Assembly: GCF_009834535.1 (NCBI RefSeq)
Contig: NC_045697.1
Coordinates: forward strand, 79,858,001 to 79,922,000
DNA from: Camelus ferus
Taxonomy: Eukaryota
Length of the DNA: 64,000 bases
Direction of reading: 5' to 3'
The notes beneath the pieces are model-generated. The model did no database searches and had not been told where the DNA came from. It saw only the letters and a list, made by a program, of their open reading frames with translations. A program made the translations under genes and the position numbers. Positions 54,334-64,000 of the stretch are shown piece after piece (positions within the stretch are counted from its first letter, which is position 1; each line of letters opens with the position of its first letter).

Positions 54334-57300
54334 TTGATGATCGTAAACAAGTAACCCCAAATCCTAGGGTCTCTAGTCTTTTCAAGGCCTTCTCTCTTTT
54401 GGAATAAAGAGAAAGGAAAAAAAAAAAAGGAAGCCTTGTTTCAGATGATAACTTCTTCAGATTCTTAGAAATGAAGGAAGTGGACGTATAGAAGAGAATT
54501 AAGCAGTTCTGTATTAAGAAGTGATTGATTGTCCATTAAGATGGACATGATCAGGGGCTACAGACTTTGGGCTCAAATGATATGACATTAAGTGGGTGAG
54601 AACACCCAGTGTGCTGCACATACTAATTCAGGAGACCAACTTATGGCTCTGACAGCTGCAGTTGGATAGAAGTTAATTAACAAAAATTGGGGCTGGCCAT
54701 AACTGGTGATGTCACTCAAACTAGAGTAGCTGGATGGAAAAATTCTGGATAAATACTAATGAGTTTATTCCTTCCAATGTAATCAAAATTATTATTATTT
54801 CTTTAAGACAGTTCATAATTCTGTGGGAAGTAATAAAGCTTCTAATACTTAGGAAGGTTCTAGTCATGCCTTCTCAGACATCTATTCTGCTTTCTAGATG
54901 GAAAAGACCCAAGTTTTATCAGGTTATGTTTACAGCCATCTCTTGAGGCAGTATTTCTTCTACTGTGAGAAGGAGACTTTTTTGGGGCCCCTGAGAACAC
55001 ATCTATACATTTCAGTTTGAGAAATACTGCATTAAAATGTATGTTCCTTGAAATGATCCCTCTGAATCAATCAAGAACACAGCAATCAAGAATGCAAGAA
55101 CAAGAAATTGCTATATTATATTTAATTAAATGTGATTATCCAGATGATCCAGAATATACTTCTCTTAATTTTTTTAAGATTGGCAATTAAATGAAAATAT
55201 TAAATTGAAAAAATTCTCAGAGAGTTCTGAGATCCTTAAGAACAAACACATCCAAGGATTCTAGGCTGAGAAAGGCTACTTTAGATTAAGTGTTTCTCTT
55301 AGGGACTTATTTGCTCTTATACATGCTAATGTTAACCAGCTTCAGCCTCAGAGAGCGCACTTTTCCTGACTGTGTTTCCAAAGGCCAGAGATGGGTGTAT
55401 TTGTGCCTGACTTGTCCATGCACTGACCACATTTACTGACAAAATGTACAGTGACTGGAGGAAGTAAGCAAACTCCCGTGTGCCTCTGCGTGGTATGTAC
55501 TATTCATTAACTCGTCCATTGTAGGAATATTGCCTGAAGTATCTTCCTCTTGTGCTAGGCACTGTGTTAGGGGTAGAGGTTACAAAGGTGAATAGATTTG
55601 ACTTTTCTTCATGGGAGGCCTTGTTGGGAAGATAAACAGGAAACACAAAGCACAATCAGTTGTGGAAAGAAACAAATTTTGTGACCGTTCAGAGGATAAA
55701 GTGACTAAACCAGCTTGTGTATCAGACAAACCTGAAATTGATACTGAATGCAATTTCCAGGAATTATTTTATAATGATGGTGAGCAGAGTGTTGGTGTGG
55801 TACTTGGAAGACTCCTATAAGCTAACTTTTGTTGTTTGATGGCTTCCTCCTCACTCTTCCCATGTTCTTTTAGACTCCAGCAAGCCAAATTTGGATTATT
55901 TTTAATTAAAATTGTTAAAAGTGTGTGTAGGGGGGAGGGGAGATTAGAAGTCATTGTAATTCTCTAATAACATGACAAGATTTTTGTATGAGTACCTTGA
56001 AATGTACTTGGTTCCTAGCACAATGTTTGGCATACAATAAACGTTCAAAAAAGTTTTAATAGGTGAATAATTGATATTCAGTTATTTTTTGATATTCAGT
56101 TATTATTTATTGAATTTAAGCTTTCTCTAATCTATATTCATTTAAAACTCTGTACCATGTTTTTATCTGAACATAATATTTCATCCAAAACTGTTTCCTC
56201 TCTTGTGCCACATTATGGGTCAGAGGACACAGCACATACTGGGATAAGGTCTAGAACCTTTTTAGGTTCCATTCTCCCTTCTTGCTTCCCCCCCTTTGAG
56301 ACCCCACCCATCCATCTCTCTCTCACTTCAGTCTCACTCTTGGCCCACATATCCACTTCAGGCTGCCCCACTAGGGAATTTTCTCATTTCATTTTTTTAA
56401 AAAAGATTACTGGTTGATTCTGATACACACTCCTTCCCCTGCTTGATGATCTTGATAAATTCTGTGTTGGAAGGAGAAAATCCATGATTTTAATGCCCTC
56501 TTTTAAGATGAGTTGATGTAAATGTGAAATGAGCCAGTGATAAATATACAAAGAGAAGACAGTCTCGTAGATGTTTTCTTTAAATCTTCTGGAAATTATA
56601 CTCTCATTACTTGTCAGCTAAGAGCCAAAGAATTTTATTACTGTAAGTAACTTAAGGGATCAACAACCAAACCCTTTTCCTCCATTTTTACTTTAAATTA
56701 AAACAGCTAAGCTTGGCATGGATATGATACTATAACATTCTAGAAATCATTATAGAATTCCTTTCTAATTTTGATACATTTAGAGATTATATGTCTAGAA
56801 GACTAAGGCAAATAATTTTCTTCCTTAATTGCTGACTTATTATGAGAGATGGGGATATTTTTATTCTGAAGAATATCAAATAGAGTTAATGAGAAACTGA
56901 AGTCTAAAGAAAGTGAAATAGGATTATAATACAGGGTCCATAGCTTTTTTATTTTTTTAACTGTAGGGGTTAAGAGTGCAGTTTGTGAGCTAGAATCACT
57001 GAGTAGCTCCTAACTCATAATGTTCGATTCAGAGTTAAATGAGTTAATGCAATTAAAAACTTAGAACCAAGCCTGACATGAGAATAAACTCTAATAAGTT
57101 TCAGTTATTATTTAAATAATTTGCTGCTGACTTTTAAATTTAATGTTTAAATCTCTTTAAACCATGACTATTTATGGTAAGTAGCTCAAATAGTTTGCTG
57201 TCTTTGAGCTTCATGCTAAATCGGATGTTTTGCTTTAGCACATGTTAAGTCAAATGCTAAAGAAATAATTGTATCTATCATTTCTCATAAAATTAACTTA

Positions 57301-58371
57301 ATCAAAGAAAGGAGACCATGTGAAAGTGACATTTAAATTAAGAGAGTTAAAACTCAGTAGTAAAATAGCAGCTTTTTGAATTGTTGATAGAATGACTATG
57401 AGTGGACCAGGTTCCTGTTTGCTTTTTAGCTTTCATTAGAATTCAAAATTCTTTTTAAAATAATCATGTCTGCACAAATTAATGATATTCCCAACCCAGG
57501 TAAACATTATATGTTAGACTCAAAAATACTCCATTCAATTCCTCATCTTTCACCAAATCTCTGTGATAGAAAACAGAAGGAGAGAGTTAGGAATGTATGT
57601 GAATTTGTTAGAACCTCACACCTAGAGCTGAGCTTACTGATTAACTGGCACGTGTATATTAGTTATAGATTTGTCCTAAGATGCAAAACAGTTTAATGCA
57701 TTTTGGTGCAATCATTTAACCTTCATGGGTGTTTAGCTGTATCTTTTATAATCTGTTCCTCAACTTTTCCAGCGGGACTAATCCACACCTTTTCCATATG
57801 TGCCAGAAATGTAACTAGTGCTCAAATGGTTCTGTCAGGTTTTTATTGACTATCTGTTCTACCTGAGGTTTAATCCACTGGTTTTATATGATCATAGAAG
57901 AGCAATCAATGGACAAAATATCTCATAAAATCAGCACGAGAAATGGAGAACAAACCTTATTGTAAAATTTGATGGTAAACAAAATGTTATAATATTATTT
58001 TATAAAAATTTAATAAGAGTGCTAAACAAAAAAGATAACTCTGCCCCTCAAGGTGGATAATGTGCACATGGCTGTTTTAAAGTTGTATTAAGACCTTATT
58101 TTTTTAAACTATGTGGTATATTTAGTCATTTTAATGATACTATATAGAAATAGCATTATTCTAAAAATTGTAGGTCAGGGTGACATCTTGCCTGGGACTC
58201 ACAGATGTACAGGCCCAATCAATACTTTGTTTCCAATAAGCCAGCTCAATAAATATTTGTTGGTTATTTCAAAAGACTCAAGTTCATATTATTTTATTAA
58301 CATTAATTTACATAAAGCGAATATCAAAGACTTATCAATAGTAGCCTGCTTTGGTTGGTTACTATTCAGGT

Positions 58372-59945
58372 TGCTGCCACAGCAATGGCAGCAGCTGGCA
58401 GGACAGCTCTGGGATTCCCGGGTTCGAGAGGACCTGTGGTCCTGGGCCCTGGCCCCGGCACTCGGGCAAGGGCAGCAAGGAGTGCTTGAAAGAGATGGAG
58501 GCAGAGATGGCCCTGTTTGAGCAGGAAGTTTTGGGGCTCTCATAACCAGAATTCCAACTGGTATGCCTGCGGCACCCATGGTGCCCACAGTCCCCACAGT
58601 AGAGTCGCTGCTGTGATCCCAGCAGTTCCTGTGATCTGCCCAATGATTATAGCCAACACCAGCAGGTCAAACAGACTCTCTAGACCCACACAGCTGCTGC
58701 AGCCACAGGGGTTCCTCCCAAGATAGGTGACCCTCCTTTTGTGGACTCAGGTGCATTTGGTGATTGGAGTCACCTAGACAGTCTAGAGGCTTGAGAAGCC
58801 ACATTCCTGCCAGAGCAGCTGTGGCCCCCCAGAGGGGTCCTACTTCACATCCAGCCTTAGTCTTCCACGTGCTACAGAGAGCACATTCTGCTCTTTCCTC
58901 TGCAGCAGGTGGTCCTCACCCCATGGCCCTGTGGCCCCCTCTCCAGGCCCTCATGGGCCCCTTTTCTGCTTGGACCAACCCCTGGGCCACCTCTAATGCT
59001 GCCACTGATGGCTCGGGGTGCTGGGACCCTTCTCTGGGCTCCATGGCTGCCCTGAGGCCTCCTCTAGAAGACCCAGCAACAACCCAAGAGCTGGGTGTTG
59101 AGAGCTGGGACTGATTCTGCAAGAGAAGGAAGAGGCAGTGGTGGTGGCAGCAGCTGGGCTGGAGGAGCCTGGTACATTGGTGGCTGCAGGGGCAGAAGCC
59201 ACCCTAGCTAGTCCTGCAGACTTTGGATCCTGGCTACCACTGGCCCTGACCATGGCTTTGCCTGAGTCCCTGTCCCTCCTGCTAGAAGCAGTCTGCCAGG
59301 CCTACTGTGCATTCCTGAACTCCTGGTCCCAGTGTTTGTGGTCCCAGACCCCCTGCCCTGGCCTCACAGCTCTCTAGATCCCAGAGCCCTGGGGTGAGGA
59401 TAGAAGGAAGTAAAGCTGGATAAATTGAAACATAACATTCCAGTGGCAACTGGGAGCAGCCGGGAGGACATCAGCCTGCTGGAGTGGGATGCAGATGACT
59501 TCAGATCTCCTGTGGGGATCTGGCAACGAAGAGGAACTGACATCTTGGAACTCACCTTTAGCCCCTTCCCACCCTTGCATGAGGCTAACGTGATCCCTGA
59601 CAAGTGCATGGTCAAGACTAAGGGGTATGACTTCCTTAGCTTTAAGGACCCCAGTGACAGTGTTCACACCCTGTGTGAAATAAATATGAAGTATGTAGGC
59701 TTGCGCCCCACCCAGCTGCATCAGCATCCGTGCAAGGACTGGAATCTGGACATTGCGTGTAAGAAGCAGAAGGAGAAGACACTGGGCCAGAGATAGGATC
59801 TGTGGCCAGACACCCACTCCCTCTTGGCTGGGCACTGGCTTCTCTCTGCAGTTCTGTGTGGAAAACTCACAACTGTCCCTTCACCCATCCTCCCCAAAAC
59901 AGTTCTAGTAAATTTACATTCATTGCCCCCCATCCTCTCAAAAAA
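58372..59945 (+). pseudogene. RBM42: Processed pseudogene (retrocopy) of RNA-binding motif protein 42
   Basis: Intronless, collinear RBM42 peptides in shifting frames: LKEMEAEMALFEQEVLG; RAAVAPQR..HVLQRA..LGSMAALRPPLE; AAAGLEE..LPLAL; LLEWDADDFR..KTKGYDFLSFKDPSD..KYVG..KKQKEK..LG.R ending at TAG 59794-59796. Multiple frameshifts and stops; AGTAAA at 59907-59912 and A6 at 59940-59945. Confidence 0.93.
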
Positions 59946-59959
59946 GGCTAAAGCAGTGA

Positions 59960-60150
59960 CTTTAGCACATAACTGGTGCTCATAAATGTTTGTTTATTGT
60001 CATCGTCATCATTTTTCATCATCGTTATTCTTCACAGATAAGACCATTAGAGGACAGAGAGGTTAGGTGATTTGCCCAGATCCACACTTCTGGTTAGTAG
60101 CTGAGCAAGGACAAGTTTGCATTTCTTATCATTCCCAACACCACATTATT
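59960..60150 (-). mobile_element. MIR fragment(s) downstream of the retrocopy
   Basis: ttcacagataagacc..gaggacagagaggttaggtgatttgcccagatccacac..ggttagtagctgagcaagga. Confidence 0.55.
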
Positions 60151-60185
60151 ATGCCTCCAGGTGACCACACTGCCTTCACAAAAAA

Positions 60186-60212
60186 AAGAAGAAGAAGAAG
60201 AAGAAGAAGAAG
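60186..60212. repeat. (AAG)n microsatellite in an A-rich tract
   Basis: Direct reading. Confidence 0.9.
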
Positions 60213-60843
60213 CAAGATAAAAGATAAAAAAGAAGGGAAGAAAGAAAAACGAAACCCTCTCCCCAGACACATTCAGTCAGTTGCATAGAAATAAGAAACA
60301 TTCAACCTTTTAACAACTGTAAAAGGAAAGATTTCCAAATCTTCTTTAACTCAGTGACAAGGGTTCACTTTCATTGCTTCATCTAAATTCTTTTTACTGC
60401 CTATTTATCTGTTTTCCTCCAGATTTGCTTCAGTAGAATTATAATACCAATGACTTTTATTCTCAAGCACACTGAGTATATTAATTCTCTGCTTTGCATA
60501 CTGTTTTTCAGGTTTAATTAATTCTTGGATTTTTCTCTTAACATTTTGTTTTTGATTTTTAAATCATTTAAAATTTTCTAAGTTTTTCCCAAAATGTCTG
60601 TCAGTATTTTGAGTCACTGAGCAGTCTAATTACCATCAACCACGTTAATAAAAGTATAGTTGTTGTCTATAAATCCTGCAAGACAGGGAGTACATGAAAC
60701 TAAGTGAGCATAGCACTTGGCATAGTGCTGTTTCAAGATACCAAAGGACTGAAAATGTTTTACAATAAAGTATTGGTAGCACAACATATACATACACATA
60801 CTCACTTGTGTTCTGTAATTCTGATATTATTAAAAATGATACA

Positions 60844-61183
60844 AGAAGGGGCTTCAAGATGGCAGAATAGAAGGAGGCAGAGCTCACCTCCTCCCACAAA
60901 TACATCAAAAATATATTGACATGTGGAAAAATTCTCACAGAATACCTGCTGAACTCTGGCAGAAGATCTTATACAGCAAAGCTACAAAAAAAACTCCACA
61001 AAACCGGATAAACAGCAAGGTCCTACTGTATAGCACAGGGAACTATATTCAGTAGCTTATAATAATGTATAATGAAAAAGAATATGAAAAAGAATACATA
61101 TATGTATGTATAACTGAGTCACTATGCTGTACACCAGAAACTAACTCAACACTGTAAATCAACTCTACTTAAATTTAAAAAAA
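60844..61183 (+). mobile_element. Internally deleted LINE-1: ~160 bp of 5' UTR start fused to ~175 bp of 3' terminus
   Basis: gggcttcaagatggc..ctcacctcctcccacaaatacatcaaaaa..ctgaactctggcagaaga (cetartiodactyl-type L1 5' end, from memory) runs at ~61005-61010 into gataaacagcaaggtcctactgtatagcacagggaac..aactctactt and an A-rich tail, matching the other L1 3' ends in this window. Confidence 0.8.
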
Positions 61184-61186
61184 ATG

Positions 61187-61324
61187 AGAGGGAAGGATAT
61201 AGCTCAGTGGTAGAGTGTGTGCTTAGCATGTACAAGATCCTGGGTTCAATCCCCAGTACCTACATTAAAAAAATAATAATAAATTAATAAACCTAATTGC
61301 CTCCCTCCACCAAAAAAGAAGTAT
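61187..61324 (+). mobile_element. tRNA-derived SINE (vic-1-like) inserted at the 3' tail of the mini-L1
   Basis: ggatatagctcagtggtagagtgtgtgcttagcatgtacaagatcctgggttcaatccccagtacc..aataaacctaattgcc; flanked on both sides by aaaaatga. Confidence 0.9.
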
Positions 61325-64000
61325 TTAAAAATGAAACTAAATAAGACAAAAGCAAAATGAAGTAAAAAGAAGAGAGGAATAAGGACTTGTGTTACTTAAT
61401 TCTGATGGATACTGAATTTATGCTATGTTTCCTGTAAACTAGTGAAAAAAGCCAAACACATTGAATTATGTAATTTTCCTAAATTAAAGATTAGTGAAAA
61501 CAAGCATAGAGGCTTTTCCTATTCTAAACTTTTTCCTGTTATTGAACTCAACTATAATTCATCAAGAGATCCCATATAAAATAGACATAAGGACATTAAT
61601 ATTGCTCAAATGGACATTTCTTATATCTGCTTTATATGAAAACCAAATGTGTAGTAATATTTCATGATGCAGAGAAGCCATTTCTGTAGTGGATAGAGAT
61701 AACATGCCCGAGGTACATTGCTTTTTGGTGATGTCACTGACCATCTACCCTGATACTAATCTTGCAGAATGGATAGTTCATGTTTCTGTTCAATATAAGT
61801 TATCTCAGAACACTCTTTGGTCAGAACTCAGTACACTCATGATGAGTGTTCTAATAAATGCAGAAACTGACAGTATCTTATGCTGTGATACAAAAAAAGA
61901 CCTGTGTGCCTCAAACACTGTATGTATAGGAGGCACTACTGGGAAAGTACCAGGCTCTGTCCTGTATTTGAACCCAAACATAAAAGGTGTGACCTGTTTT
62001 GCATATCTACCTCCTTCCCACCTGCACAAAGTGAAAAAATATCTAACAACAAAACATCCTTTGGAATGTGGGCCATTATTGCTAATTGACTTTGGTAAGC
62101 GGGAAGAGGATTAGTGTAGCTCCTGGGGGAAATTTGAATTTTAGAAACATAACGTGAAGGACTCACCAAAATGGGTTAACTGCAAAGTATATTCTCAGGG
62201 AGTTAGCTGAGTCCTATTGAATGGGTTTATTTATCACTTGCCATTTAAAATATGATTAATTTATATGTTAGCTCACATTCACAAGATAAAACATTTTGGT
62301 GTTAAGTCCAGTTGATGCCGAGTTGTTTTTTTCTGATAACAATTACCCAACATACTCAGTTGCTAATTAAATATATTTTTGGCTAGAAATTATAAAATCA
62401 AAACATTAGTGTAAAGACAGTTACTTATCTTTTATTTCCTACGGTTGAAAGACATGAATTCCATGATATGACAGCAGTCCCAATTGGATTGCATTTTAAA
62501 AGAGGGCAGATTAAAAATTTAGAACATTTATAATTAGAATTTCAACCATCATCTGTGTCTTTATAACCACTCTAATTTTAGTAGGCAGTGTTACAGAAAT
62601 TGAAGACACATGTATGTCCTGAATTTGACTTACATATTATGCATGGTTTAGTTTCTGAACTAATCCCTCATATAGAAATTTTTAATTATATTCTTGGTGA
62701 TTTTTTAAATAAAATGCAACTATATTGTAGTGGTTTGTAGTGGGATCGTTGTGTCCCACCAATAGGTACTTTATTCTCATAAAATTCTTTTAATTTAGAG
62801 CCTCAGCCTTGTAATTAATTGAGAAGAAAGCTGGCCAGTTATTGAAAAAAATACTCTATCCTGTTTTGTGGATTTGAATGTTTTTTGTTTTTTGTTTTGT
62901 GGGTTTGTATTAAACTGAGGTCAGCTACATTTTGAAATCATGAAAAGAAAGCTCTGTGGGGTAAACTAAGATAAACAGTTTGACATCAGAGGGCTCCTTA
63001 GGATAACCTCTCCTGAAACTGTTTAATTTAAATATTTATTTCAATTTCATAAGCTTTTAGATTATGTCAACTATATTCTATTTGAGATGGTGTCTTGTTA
63101 ACTTTAATTTTAAAAACATTGTATCCATATTTATTGAGAAATAAAAATAGGAAGTTTAGTATTCTAGTAGTCTGGTCACAGCAAGTTAAAGCTTGCAACT
63201 GAGCTAATGCTGTAGCGGGAGAGGAGGGCTATCTCTCAGAGGGGAGGCTGAGAAGAGTATTGTAAAACTCCAACTTCAGAAAATTGGTCACTCGTGGAAT
63301 CAAAGAAAAATGTACACCTTTTAAAAATCTTAATTCTCAAACCTTTCTATTTTAAATTTGTAGAAAGTTACATTCAGAATGCACTCTTGAGATCATTTTC
63401 AAGCCAGTGCAGAGGACTTGTTTTAAATAATGGATTGATGATTAGTTAATAATGCTTGACCCTTTATTAAAAATGTAAACAAGATTCCCTGTAGATTTAT
63501 CCCACATGCTGCCCATGTTATAGCATTTTAGAGATAAGTGAAAACCAGATTCAGTTTACTGTACCTTAGAGTAATTGGCAATAGGGGAGACATTTTTCCA
63601 GTTCATCTGGCCTGGGTTAGCAGGGGAAGGGTGGAGTGTGGAGCTGCAAAAAAGCCCTGATATATATTATTTGTGGATTTACATAGTAAAATATTTCCAT
63701 GACAGGAAAGGAAGTTGTGATACTGGGAAATACTGGGAAATTAAGAAACTAGGAGAGAAGTCACCAACAAATATTGAAGAAATGCTTTCTTCTTCTGTTC
63801 CTTTTCCTCCTCATCTTTCAGCTGATTACAGCTCAGAAGCCATGGGCTTAGTCCAGGAAGATCTGATCTGTTTGGGGTGGTTAAAGGGCTCCAGAAAGCT
63901 TAAGGTGGGAAATCCTCCATGTTTCCTCAGCTGGCAGTTTCAATTTACAGATTACACTTTTTTTTTAAAGTTAAATATACATTGACATAAGATCAAATAA

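Noticed and set aside
61190..61263. tRNA-Ala(AGC) gene
   Set aside because: Stem mismatches, SINE 3' extension, A-rich tail and flanking duplication; it is one of six SINE copies.
61689..62114. 141-aa ORF, and an ATGATGA/CTGA pair suggesting a C/D snoRNA
   Set aside because: GTG start and no recognisable homology; the CTGA lies only ~21 nt after the C-like box with no terminal D box at snoRNA distance.
46500..64000. Next ANK2 exon (NGLNALHLAAKEGH..., from memory)
   Set aside because: Not seen in the window; presumably lies downstream.
1..64000. CRISPR array, rRNA, prokaryotic operon or viral coding insert
   Set aside because: No spaced repeats, rRNA-like blocks or long non-TE ORFs; the sequence reads as mammalian intron throughout.

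Overview
AT-rich mammalian genomic DNA, probably camelid (inferred from six tRNA-Ala-derived SINEs of the vic-1 type and no recognisable Alu, B1/B2, Bov-A or PRE-1 elements). The window lies in the 5' part of the ankyrin-B gene (ANK2, + strand). The first common coding exon (46398-46499, [34 protein letters not shown]) is unambiguous. About 31 kb upstream, in a locally CpG-rich promoter-like stretch, is a candidate alternative first exon (CDS 14928-15062, MGNAALCPSC...KELGVR|gtaagt). It would splice in frame to that exon and give ankyrin-B a Gly2/Cys-rich, possibly lipidated N-terminus. The ORF track misses this exon. The downstream intron holds a decayed sense-strand RBM42 retrocopy (~58372-59945). 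It also holds a ~340 bp mini-L1, in which the L1 5' end is fused to the 3' end, with a SINE inserted in its tail. The rest is intron containing truncated L1s with target-site duplications (TSDs), ancient L2/MIR/hAT/LTR relics and microsatellites. Several splice-signal-defined candidate microexons, poison exons and recursive splice sites are flagged as speculative. All family and gene names come from recognising the sequence; no search was run, and the boundaries of old repeats are approximate.
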